From Octopus sinensis (lineage: Eukaryota), in the NCBI RefSeq assembly GCF_006345805.1, contig NC_043013.1, forward strand, positions 20,646,001 to 20,710,000: a stretch of 64,000 nt of DNA. Reading direction: 5' to 3'. Within the stretch, counting starts at the first letter, position 1. The number at the start of each line of letters is the position of its first letter. Shown here piece after piece: positions 13,976-26,465 of this stretch. Position numbers and translations under genes: made by a program. The notes below the pieces were generated by a model. It ran no database searches and had not been told where the DNA came from. It saw only the letters and a program-made list of their open reading frames with translations.

Positions 13976-14204
13976 ATATATATATATTGGTAAAAACGGT
14001 AACAAAAGAAAGAAAGAGACCTCAATATTATGTAAATAGAGGAATTTATCTGTAAATATATGTGACAATTATTCGGTAGCCAAGATAAAACACTGAGTTT
14101 CGGATGCCGAGTGGAAATCCACACCACCATCTTTTCGCTTCCCCTCATAGCTGCACGCATATATATATATATATATATAATATATTATATATAATATATA
14201 TATC

Positions 14205-14245
<41 letters not shown>

Positions 14246-14267
14246 TTTGTGTGTGTGTGTGTGTTGT

Positions 14268-14312
<45 letters not shown>

Positions 14313-14589
14313 TATATATATATATTATATATATGTATGTATGTATGTGTATGTATGTATGTAGTATGTATAATTGTCACTAAATGTGACTAGGATGTTA
14401 GGAACATGTACATTGCTAGAAATAATAGCTAAAATGTTCTAATACTGTCAGTGCACATAGATGTAAAGATATAAACTAACACCTACCTTAATTCCTTAAT
14501 TGAGCGATACAATTAAAAATAAAATTAGAGAACAAGGGAAAAGATAAATGAAATGACATTGTGCCCGAAATGAAAGAGAGGAGTAGAAT

Positions 14590-14860
14590 TTAGCAAACAC
14601 CAACATATTTGTACAAGCAAATACAAGTTTTCCTGGCTGCATATATTATCGAATGCCTGGTTTTGATTTACGTACGAATGACAGTGAATAATCATGCGGA
14701 TATTCACGTCACTCATGTTATGACTGACAAACGATTGCTGCATCTATACGAGCGATGTTCTCCATCGATATGTGCAAGTATAAGTAGAAAATACTGCGCT
14801 GCAGAATCATAGGATTCATGCGAGAACTTTACACAGATCTCAATTGACATTGGTGGTACT
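14590..14860 (+). mobile_element. Old LINE (RTE-like) fragment
   Basis: Homologous to 12590-12900. KQIQVFLAAYII weakly resembles the RTE post-RT KIQVYRACV motif; the family assignment is tentative. Confidence 0.45.
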
Positions 14861-15221
14861 CTAAACCACAGAAAGTTTATGATTCAGATTTTGTACGGGG
14901 TATATGAGACGACCCTTAGCTTTGAGGTAATTTTCAAATTCTGTCCTGTACGCCGATAAATACTGTATTATGATATGAACAAAAAAAAAAAAAAAATCAC
15001 GCACGTATTTACATAGAAATAGACAAAAGCATACATGTGCACGGATACACATGTACACATCAATACATATGTATATATATATAAATATACATATATATAT
15101 GTATATATATATACATATATATATATATTATATATATATATGCATATATAAACACACGTTTATATGTGTGTGTGTGTGCGTATGTGCGTGCACGTGCGTA
15201 TGTATGTGTGTGAGTGTGTAT

Positions 15222-15276
<55 letters not shown>

Positions 15277-15285
15277 GCATACATA

Positions 15286-16079
15286 TACAAGGTGCGATGG
15301 ATAAATTATCGCCATTTCATATTTTAATTTCGTGCAAGCGCATTGTTTGTTTTGATTTTGTTGACTACACAATATAGTAGGATCAGTTGGGCACCGTCTG
15401 TGAGAAAAACAGCACCATCGCGCAAATCACTCTGCCAGAAATTTGGAAACGACATGTTGTACTGCTTGGCATTCGCACCGGAAGCTCCAATACGAACAGA
15501 TGGTGAACGCACAGAACAACCCTTGGCTTGCCGTGTCCCCAAAACATGCACCGAGTGTGATAAAAATCAAACATCTAGTCAACATCATGGAGTTTAGAGT
15601 GACCATTAGTGATAACGACGTTAAGGCTTACATCAAGTGCCTGAAGGATATAATTCTACCTTAGGTCAAGCGGGTAGCTGCTGGAAGACTTTATGTCTGG
15701 CAAAAGGACTCAATACCTTGCCACATGAAAAGGAGAACACAGTCATAACTGTCAGACAATTTCAGTGACCACATCACCTCTAACATCTTGCCACCTAACT
15801 CCCTAGGCTGCAACCACGTTGATTATTATGTGTGGAGAGCAGTTGAGCGAGACTAACAAAACTCCTTCTAACTCCAAAGATGAACCAAAGATGAGCAAGG
15901 ATTATGACAACATTCACCAACTTTAAGAAGGAGACCGTTAAGGAGATTTGCAGCAGATTCCGAAGTCGTCTGGAGGCCGTGGCTGAAGCCAATGGCCATT
16001 CTATTCCATAAATGTACTGTTTAGTGTTTCAAGATATTTTTACGTAATTTAGACGACAATATATTCACAGCACTCTTTA
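15286..16079 (+). mobile_element. Internally deleted DD37D (maT-type) Tc1/mariner relic
   Basis: Imperfect TIRs flanked by TA. From about 15670 it reads RVAAGRLYVWQKDSIPCH...LPPNSLGCNHVDYYVW, with 37 codons between the two Asp residues and one in-frame stop. Confidence 0.85.
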
Positions 16080-16090
16080 TATAGAGTATA

Positions 16091-16143
<53 letters not shown>

Positions 16144-16559
16144 ATATATATATATATGTTGTGTGTGTGTGTGTGTGGTGTGTGTGTGTGTATACATATA
16201 TATATATACTTTTTGAATATGATAGTTCTTACAGACGTGAGAAACCACTTATCAGTTTGTTTGACAGGCGTTTTGATACGTTATTTTTGGCTCCTGTGCA
16301 ACTGATATATATTTACGCCCATAAAAAGGAGAAAAAAATGTATATATACTTTGCACTACTGCATTTTATTTCTCGCGTTGTAAATTAAACTTAAACCCTC
16401 CCATTCACACACACTTATCTATGTCCTTTTCTCGTGTCTACGTTTATTGAAATTATTTTATTTAAGTATACACCTTTGTGACCATATTTATATATATAGA
16501 TAGATAGATAGATATACATACATACATATGTGTGTGTGTGTGTGTATCTATGTTTATGT

Positions 16560-16769
16560 CCTTTCTACTATAGGCACAGGGCCTGACATTTTTGAGGAAG
16601 CGGCCGGTCGATTACATTGATTCCAATGCGTAACTGGTACTTAATTTTTCGACCCCAAAAGGATGAATGACAACGTCGACCTCGGCAGAATTTGAACTTA
16701 GAATATAAGACAGACGAAATATATCGCAAACACATCACCCGGCGTGCTAACGTTTCTACCATTCGCGCC
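16560..16769 (-). mobile_element. SINE family C
   Basis: tcgaccccaaaaggatgaatgacaacgtcgacctcggcagaatttgaact...cccggcgtgctaacgtttct. Confidence 0.75.
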
Positions 16770-16790
16770 TTTGTGTGTATATATACATAT

Positions 16791-16846
<56 letters not shown>

Positions 16847-16888
16847 TATATGTATATATATATACATGTATATATAATATATATATTA

Positions 16889-16944
<56 letters not shown>

Positions 16945-17109
16945 GCACACACACACAAGGTGGTGAGCTTTTGTATGTATGTATGTATGCATATATATAT
17001 ATATATACATATATATAGATATAGATATATAGATATATATATACACATACACGCACACACATACGCACGCACACACGCACACATACACATATTGACGAGT
17101 GTTTATATA

Positions 17110-17149
<40 letters not shown>

Positions 17150-17689
17150 TATGTATGGATGTGTACATGTGTATCCGTGCACATGTATGCTTTTGTATAT
17201 ATGTATGTATACATACATATATACAGTTAAGGAGTGGGAGTCGACACTTTTGGGAGGGCACGTATTCTGCACGAAGAACTTAAGCATGCTGCTCGAAAGG
17301 GCACATCTGGTGTAGTTAACGAAGAAAGCTTGGTTTGCAATGTCCGCAGTGCAATCGTGTATGCTTGTCAAGAGCAGGGCTCATTAGCCACTAATGGAGC
17401 TGCAAATGCAAAATATAAGTTAGTCCTAGAGTGCACAATATTCCTGAAGGTCAACAATGGTTCCCCTCGGTCACGAGTGAACGGCCATCATGAATGTATA
17501 TATGAAAATATGTATGTGTGTGTGTGTGTGTGTGTGTGTGGTGTGTTAATTACTTGAAATTTTCACTGACAGTTGGGCTTTAGTGATAAAAACCAGTTTT
17601 GTTAACGGGTGTATCCCCATTAATTATGGGTACATACACCTTGCGCAAGTGTCTGCTATTGCCCCAAGCCGATCATATACATACATATA

Positions 17690-17744
<55 letters not shown>

Positions 17745-17779
17745 TACACATATATATATATATATCAATATATATATAG

Positions 17780-17811
<32 letters not shown>

Positions 17812-17844
17812 TTATATATATATATATAGATTATATATACACAT

Positions 17845-18030
17845 ACTATACGTCGATGTGTGTGTTTGTCTACCACATTGCTTGACATCAATCCGATGAC
17901 AGATCGATTAACTTTACTGAACTTAGCGATTCGATAAAAATGGTCTATAGAATAAGTTCTGGCCGATTCTTTCGGCCAAATCCGCGTAGGGCGGTGCACC
18001 AGGTTGGCCGCAGTCCGATGACTGAAAAAA
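17845..18030 (+). mobile_element. SINE family B, 3' half
   Basis: gcttgaca..ccgatg...tagaataagttct...ggccgcagtccgatgactgaaa. Confidence 0.6.
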
Positions 18031-18188
18031 TGACCAGTTTTTATTAATCAATTAAATAGGTTCGCGTTAAACTGCTATAATGTATTTACGCGCTGTGCAT
18101 CGTTGTTACTTATTGACATTTTACATACACATAATACATACATACATACATACACACACACAACACACACACACACACCCCATATATA

Positions 18189-18248
<60 letters not shown>

Positions 18249-18256
18249 TATATAAA

Positions 18257-18457
18257 GTAATTAAATCAAACAAGAAACAAAAAGACAACAACGCGAGGAT
18301 GTGGAACAAATAAAGTACTATTGGGCGCTCAGGAAAGAAGGGAAGAAGGAGGGTATGACGGTTCGAGCGGAGCTCTTCGTCGGAAACATAGGAGAAAGAA
18401 AGATCCCTAGGTGGGAGGACAGAGGGAAAAAAATGCAAGTGGTCTTCGCGAGGTCAC

Positions 18458-18460
<3 letters not shown>
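18257..18460 (-). mobile_element. ~205-bp (TA)n-inserted element with a hammerhead-like motif (copy A)
   Basis: Homologous end-to-end to 43357-43564 and flanked by (TA)n on both sides. Minus strand 18353-18387 reads GUUU-CCGACGA-A-GAGC-UCC-GCUC-GAACC-GUC-AUAC. Confidence 0.8.
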
Positions 18461-18498
<38 letters not shown>

Positions 18499-18588
18499 CA
18501 GCATATATAAATACATATATATAGTTATACATATATATGTATATATACATATATATTTATACGTATATATGTATATATAAATACATAT

Positions 18589-19863
18589 ATGGGTTGGGTT
18601 GGACAACATAATGAAAACACCTTAAAATTTCAAACAAATGTTTTTTAATATGATAGGACCGCCTTTGGCAGTAATTACAACTTGAATTCTTCGAGCTATG
18701 GACTCGTACAACGTTTGAATTGTTTCCAAAGTAATTTTTGTCCATTCTTCTGCTAAAACAGTCTCCAGTTCTTGTAGTGATGATGGTGGACGATATCGAC
18801 TCCTTACTTTTTTTTTCTAAAATGAGCCCTTAAATGTTCAATACTATTGAGACATGGGGGCTGTGGTGGCCAGATAAAATGTTCAACTTCACTAGAATGT
18901 TCCTCGTGCCATTCAGTAACATCTTTAGCTGCGTGAATTGGTGCATTATTATCTTGAAAGATTGCTTTTCTCTCTGCAAGCAATTCTGCAACCATAGATT
19001 GAGATAGAAGCTTAAATTGTCTTAACTATTAATTCTGCCATGAAGAGAAACCATTGAGCCGGCGGACATTCAAGATATAGCCACCCCCACCAGATCATCA
19101 TAAATCCTCCTCCGTGTTTAACAACTGGAAGAAGGCAGCCTGTGTCAAATGCTTGTTTTGACTGCCTCGACACCTATTATCGGCTGGTGGTCGGAAATAA
19201 GGTAAAGGATGACTAGTCCGCAGAAATAACATTCTTCCACTGCTCTAGGGACCAATTCTGTAGGTTTTTACTCCAATCTAAACGCCTTTCAATGTTTGTT
19301 TTTGAAAGTAGTGGTTTTCTGATTGCAGCTCTCCGATGAAATCCGGGTTTGCGCAGCACCTGGCGAACAGTTTTTTGTGAAAACTGGGTTCTCGAGGTAG
19401 TCATTAAGCTCTGCATTAATTTTGGGAGCTGTACTTTTGTGATCCTTTTTATCCATTTGTGTAAGAGTCCGACGGTCTCTGTCTGAAAGTTTTAGTTTTC
19501 TTCCGGAGTTTTGTTTCAACGAGTAGGTATTTCCTTCTTTCCCAAAGGCTGTCATTACTTTCGAGACCGTACTTCGTGATACACCAAACATTTCGGGTGT
19601 GTTCGTTACACTAGCGCCTGCCATAGGAGCACCAACAGTTTGACCTCTTTGAAAGTCAGACAGATCTGTCATTTTAATGAATTTAAATTACCCTTTTCTG
19701 ATGATATCTGAAAAGAAAGAGCAATTTTAGCAAAAGATATTAAGCAACATTAATAATAAATCAAAAAACATAAAAAGAAGCAAGCTTTTGAAAGTTTTAT
19801 AGATATTACAAAATTGTGATGCTTTGATGCTAGGTGTTTCCATTATTTTGTCCAACCTCTGTA
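18589..19863 (-). mobile_element. Near-full-length Tc1-family transposon
   Basis: TIRs ggttggacaacataatgaaaacacct / aggtgtttccattattttgtccaacctctg-ta, embedded in (TA)n; about 1.27 kb. Confidence 0.93.
18650..19672 (-). pseudogene. Frameshifted Tc1 transposase (DD36E-like spacing)
   Basis: ORF pieces 19289-19672 (MTDLSDFQRGQTVGA...GVSRSTVSKV...GRKLKLSDRDRR), 19213-19416 (RRAAIRKPLLS...RRLDW...WKNVISAD) and 18804-18995 (IFQDNNAPIH...WPPQPPCLNSIE). Confidence 0.92.
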
Positions 19864-19899
19864 TATATATATGTAAATATATTTATGTATATATATATT

Positions 19900-19961
<62 letters not shown>

Positions 19962-20253
19962 ATCATTACATATATATATATATGTATATATATATATGTA
20001 TATACATATATATATACATGTATGCATATACATATATATGTACATAAATATTTGTATATAAGTATATATATATATATAATAAATGTGCATATATATATAT
20101 GTATATATATAATATATATATGTACATGTATATATATATATGTATATATGTCTATACATTTACATATATTTATGTGTATATGTATATTTATGTATATATA
20201 TATATATCTATATACACATATATTTATGTATGTACATATATAAATCTATACGA

Positions 20254-20295
<42 letters not shown>

Positions 20296-20494
20296 ATGTA
20301 TGTATATGTATATATGCGGTGTGTGACAAAAGCGAATAAGCCGAAACTTCGAATTCACGATCAACCTTTCCTTTGTAAAAGTTTAATAAACATGTAGTCC
20401 ACTAGAAGATATTGAGTTATCCTTCTCGCTTAATATCAAGTTATTTTTTATATACAATTTGGCATAAAAACACATACATGTGTATGCGCGTGTA

Positions 20495-20541
<47 letters not shown>

Positions 20542-20952
20542 TACATGCACACAGACACGCACACACACACTCATACTCATGTATATATATATATGTGTGT
20601 GTGTGCGTGTGTAGGTGTGTGCGTGTGCGTGTATGTGTGTGTGTGTATATAATCAAACAGATGAAAATCGTACATGCTTATATACGTAGCTACATTTATA
20701 ATGAAAACAGAAAATGCAACGAAACACAGGACGTAACGCGCACACGCAAGCGTATGACGCACTCACACATGCGCGCATTACCTTTTGCACAGTTGCTGCA
20801 AGACACGTGTTGCATGCGACAGAGCATAGCATTTAGTCCAGAACCAAATGTAGTTTCTACACCGTAACCAACATATTCCTACCACACACAGATGCACGCA
20901 CACAGGCATTGATATACACAGCTTCTCTCTCGTAGTTTCACTTCACAGATGC

Positions 20953-20983
<31 letters not shown>

Positions 20984-21002
20984 TATAGACGCACACACAG
21001 AG

Positions 21003-21038
<36 letters not shown>

Positions 21039-21162
21039 GTGCATAACACGTCTCAGTGGTTCCACAGAGAAGTAAGATGTCACACGGCTAGTAGCAGCTT
21101 GCCTGGTGGAGCGATGCATGCCCACTAGTAACCGTGCGTTTTACACACACTGATACACATCG

Positions 21163-21195
<33 letters not shown>

Positions 21196-21278
21196 AACAC
21201 GCACGCATACACACGCGCGCGTACACGCGCACAAACGTTTACTGTTATGCAGGAAGAAGCGATCCAGTCAAAAGCTTA

Positions 21279-21876
21279 CAGGTGGAGATAGATAGAGAGC
21301 AAGAAAGAGAGAGAGAGAGAGAAAGAAAGAAAGAAAGAGAGGAGGGAGAGAGTGAAGGAGAGAAAGAGAGAGAGAAAGCAACAATAAAACCTGGCGCAGT
21401 CGCAGATACATTTACCTGGCTGAAGAATACAAACGCAAGCCTATACCTTACCTGTTTTCTTTCTCTTCTTTCTTTGTAACACCCCCTCCTCCTCCCTCTA
21501 GAATTGCTATTTCACCTGAGAAAAGACTTTCAGTTCAATGGACAGGCAGAAAACCTGTGTAGTTGCAGACATACCTACCTTATTCTACAACAGGTCCTTA
21601 TTTAATTTTGTATTATTTAAAAACAAAAGTTTTTACCGATTCTCCCCCACCCAATGGTCCTTTCCTGTGATGTTTTACTAACACACCTGTGTTACACCTG
21701 TGTTAGAATGAAAAGAAATCAAATTCTGGCACTCCAGCATATAATTCTATTTAAACATTTACCTTGATATTCTAATATCGCATTCATTTCTATCTTATAT
21801 CAATCTTCCGTGATTTTGCTATTACACAAGAGTTACACCTGTGATACACCTGTGATATACCTATGAGTTAGACCTG
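21279..21876. promoter_or_regulatory. Dense CAGGTG/CAGGTA (Snail/Scratch/ZEB-type) site cluster, candidate cis-regulatory module
   Basis: Eight CAGGTR sites on either strand (21279, 21413, 21449, 21513, 21684, 21695, 21836, 21847) plus four other CAGGT cores in ~600 bp of non-transposon sequence. Confidence 0.55.
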
Positions 21877-24149
21877 GATAAACTGGAAGGAGAATCTGGA
21901 AATTATATTCGGAAATGGACTACACTTACATAAACAACAACAACATTATAGGGAATCAACAACCACATTAACAACACCAATAATAACTTTTCCAGCAATA
22001 ATATAAACAACAACACTAAAAAAGGGGGGAAACTAAAACCACGCTTAAAGGGAAAAACTAAGCCGTGCACACACACACACACACACATACACACGCATTC
22101 ATAAAATAGAACTCTAGCTATATAGATATTTAATATAGGGGGGGAAATAATAAATTGGAGGGGGACGGGGACAAGGAAGCGAGGGATTATGGATTTATGC
22201 TTTGATTAAAAGAAAGACAACAAAGAAATAGAAATACGCTGATGTCTAGGGCGATATTGGTTAATATTAGCCTAGATACACGAGGATAGATTAATGTAGT
22301 ATGTGGTGGGTCTGTGAAAGAGGGGTCCATCACTGATCCAGAGACACATCTCACTCTTTCACACACACGCGCGCACACACACTCACATATATTTCTATGT
22401 TTGTGTACTTCGGATTTACTTCTTTCTTAACTTAGAAGACGTCAGCGTTACTACTACTAATAATGATAAATATCTCCTCCAGCATTAAGCACTGAATAGT
22501 CAACAAGACAGCCTCTGCGAGGTGTCTCGACCTGCAAGAAATAGCAGCGAAATCCCCTCATGTATAGGAGGACGCAGCGCACCGAATATTCCCGAGGCAT
22601 AGGTAGCTATTTCTGAAACAGCTTTGATCATAGCTTATAGGACTTACCTAGGGCTAAATAACAACACCCACTACGAAGAGTATTATCATTACTAATAACA
22701 ACAAACTCCAAAACTGTTGCTAATACCAACACCATCGAGAATTATTGCTACTACTACTACTACTACTAATTCATTTTAAAATAAACTTTCTTGTCCCTTG
22801 TGGCTAATAAAAGTTAAAACAGTACAAAGGCGAAATACCTGAATAACGAGGAGTAGGGTAGAACAACAACAACAACAACAACAACAATAATAATAATAAT
22901 AATAATATAGGATAGAGGCCATAACAATATAAGACGTTATTCTTAATCATAATTAAAATTTCTTTTAATCAAATACCGCCAGGTTGACAGGTGAGATTAT
23001 AATTACGAAACTGGCGAGTTTACGCCGAAAGAAAACAAATAATTAGGGGAATTATTTTGAATTTTAATTAATGTTTAACTAACAGACCACCTTCAGTATA
23101 ATTATATATTATACACTCAAACGAACTTATATGGTTGCATAGAATCAAAAACATCATATATTATATACACACCTGGACACACCTGTACTGTGACGCACCT
23201 ATATACATATGCACATACGTAGATGTATACATAGATATACACACATTCACAAACAAGAATATTTTTATATACATATAAAATATACACACATACATCGTTT
23301 ATACAAACGATGATTTGCAGATATCAAAGTGAAGCAATTATTTTATTACGTGAGAAGTGAAACGGTTGTTTGGATTGTAATTAAAGAAACTCAGGTAAGT
23401 TCGAATATTGTGCTTTGTAAGTTACAGAGAAAGTGAGAGAGAAATGTAGGTGATTTAAAGATGCGTGTCAAGCAATTTTGTCTTCAGGTATGTGTGTATG
23501 TGTATGTGTGTGTATTTATGTACGTGTACATATATAATATATATGTATATATGTATGTATATATGTATGCATATATATATGTATATGTGTGGGGGTGTCT
23601 TACGTGTATATATATAATATGTATGTATATATGTATGCATATATATATATATATATGTATATGTGTGGTGGGTATCGTATGTGTATATATATATACACAC
23701 ACCCAAGCATACAGGTGATATCTGGTAGTCTCAGTTTCGATATTACAGATCTGCAGCTAACATACAAGAAGCAGTTGCACCAACATCTGACTCCCTAACC
23801 TTTTTAAAAGAAGGAATGAAATTTATTGCAATTTGTCTTTAGGGAAATAACCATTCTGTGGTTTACACTTCATTTGCAATCTCACTTGCGGTAAAAACAA
23901 AAAATATTAAATAATAGTAATAAATAGTTATACGATATTGTACCTCTCACCCCATCCCAAGTGTGTCCCTTGCAATAAGAGTATATTTGCAGGGGCATAA
24001 GCAATATCTAGTCTCTAGTTTTGTGACTCACTCCACCGCAAAAGACCCAGTATCCAGCAACACGGTCGTGTTAATTATGATGACCTCTAGGACTTATGAC
24101 ATGATCTATATATCTTTTTAAACTTTCAATATATATATATATATGGAGA

Positions 24150-24187
<38 letters not shown>

Positions 24188-24263
24188 CAGACAGACAGAC
24201 AGAGTCAGACAACAGACAGACAGACAGATGGACAGACAGACGGATGGATGGATGGATGGATGG

Positions 24264-24316
<53 letters not shown>

Positions 24317-24348
24317 TGATATCCCAGTTGATAACCATATTACTGATA

Positions 24349-24381
<33 letters not shown>

Positions 24382-24407
24382 TAGATAGATAATAGATAGA
24401 TAGATAA

Positions 24408-24492
<85 letters not shown>

Positions 24493-26425
24493 AGATATAT
24501 AGGTATGTGTGTATGTATGTCTCTTCTATTTTTTTAATTATTATAAATCTTCCAATGAGGAGGGTGCCGGTTGCCATGTATGTATCTATGTATGTATGAA
24601 TTGTTTCTCCTTTGCATTTCTAACAATGCCTACATTAGAGTCGTATATTATGGCAGAAGCAGTAGAGCACAGAATATAATGCATTGAGTGTATTTAGCTA
24701 AGGATCTGAGTTCAAATCTCGCTTTCCTATTGTCCATGGAAGACGAAATTAAGTAAAATTCTAGCACTGGGGTTAATGTCATCAATTGAACTCTAATTGA
24801 AAACTTGTGAATCTCTCTCCATAGAAATCTTAAAATCGGGAAAAAAAGCAAGGATCTTTATGCCTGACGATTTTCTCTCAAGTTACACTCCTCGACACTG
24901 TTACCCTATTTCATCCACGTAGATAACTCGAATGAAGAAAGACATGGACTCTAGTGTATTTTATCTATACCCATTACCTTTGTGAAGACTCAGTGAAATT
25001 ACAATGACCTAAATCTCCAGCCCAGATTTGTCAGCGTTTCACTTTGCATAATTTAATAATCCTTAAAATAACACCAACGCTGATCGGTCGCTGGAATCTA
25101 CTGTATATAAGTATTTAAAGAGGGGGGGGGAGAAACCCTTATCTCCCAGAAAGCCGTTCCCACACTAAGGTTTCGTTTTCCAATCGGGATTGAAATTACT
25201 TTACAATTCCCTATTTCCTTGTCAGCTGTGAAAAATTGTGACGTCATGTAAGAAGTCATTGTTGGCATTGCTATTTGAGAATCAATGTAAAGGAAAGGAA
25301 AGGATCTGGAGACTTTAGTCCTTGATTCGGATTCGATTCCCTTTTGGAACCATTTTTTTTTTTTCATTCCATTTCATTTACATACTTTGAGAAACATATA
25401 AACATTACTCGATGTTTATAAGGACCCGGTAAACCGACACTTTGACGGTTTGCAATCGTTAATTTATATTTAAAATGACTACAAACGAAGACGGGCTCAA
25501 TAGAAGCGTTTAGGTTGGCTTGGGGTTCAATTACCTGAGAACTCCATCCCTTTATTTCACCGAGGTCCTTTAAATGTGTACCAGTAATGCAATTTCATTG
25601 CCCTCATTTAAATACTTGAAAAAAATTAACGTCGCACCTAGATAAAAAAAAATATTCGTTTGTGTGAGACGCAATAGGGAGTGTTTTAATATTATGAATA
25701 CATAGCAATCCTTATTCACTTGAAATCCCACTAAAAAAATATTGTCTTTTATCCCGCTTATAATTGTACAACTCTTCCTAGCTGACGACAGAAAATATTC
25801 CGTCACCATCCGAGAATTAATATGCTGTGAAAGTGTAGAGACAGCGATAGTATCAGTGATGTGGTGATAAACTTCATCAGCCAAACACACTCACCTGTTG
25901 ATATCACAGGTGTAACGACAAAAACACCGCATAGCGCCTCTTAACGGACACGTATGACGATCCAGTTTGTCGCATAATTTCACATTTTACGCGTTGACAC
26001 TCTATACGGATACGTTCACATACACGCACACACACTCATTGTATATTCATTTGAATGCATACATTGACAATATACACACAAACATGGGAAGCTGAGTAAT
26101 ACATGCATATATTTCAAATAAAGATGTAACAATTTACACACACACACACACACACACATGTATAAGCAAGCTTTTATTAATTATGTGTATTTGTATCATA
26201 TTTATATAATTACACCAATACACCAATACATATTCAGGTATACAAATTCCCCGTGTATATATATATATATGTATGTACGTATGTATGTATGTATATATAT
26301 ATATATATATATATAAATATAATATACACGCATATTATATATGTGTATATATATAGGCATAATATTAACATGTAATTATATATGTATAAATTTATATATA
26401 AATACATCTATAAACACACATACAC

Positions 26426-26465
<40 letters not shown>

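Noticed and set aside
13986-14160. (TA)n-flanked insert with a minus-strand GAAAC and stem-loop
   Set aside because: Probably another pLTR fragment, but the CUGANGA core and cleavage triplet are not recognisable, so it is not counted as a ribozyme.
21082-21136. Loose hairpin cacggctagt...actagtaaccgtg
   Set aside because: Too many bulges for a confident pre-miRNA, and I recognise no matching conserved miRNA.
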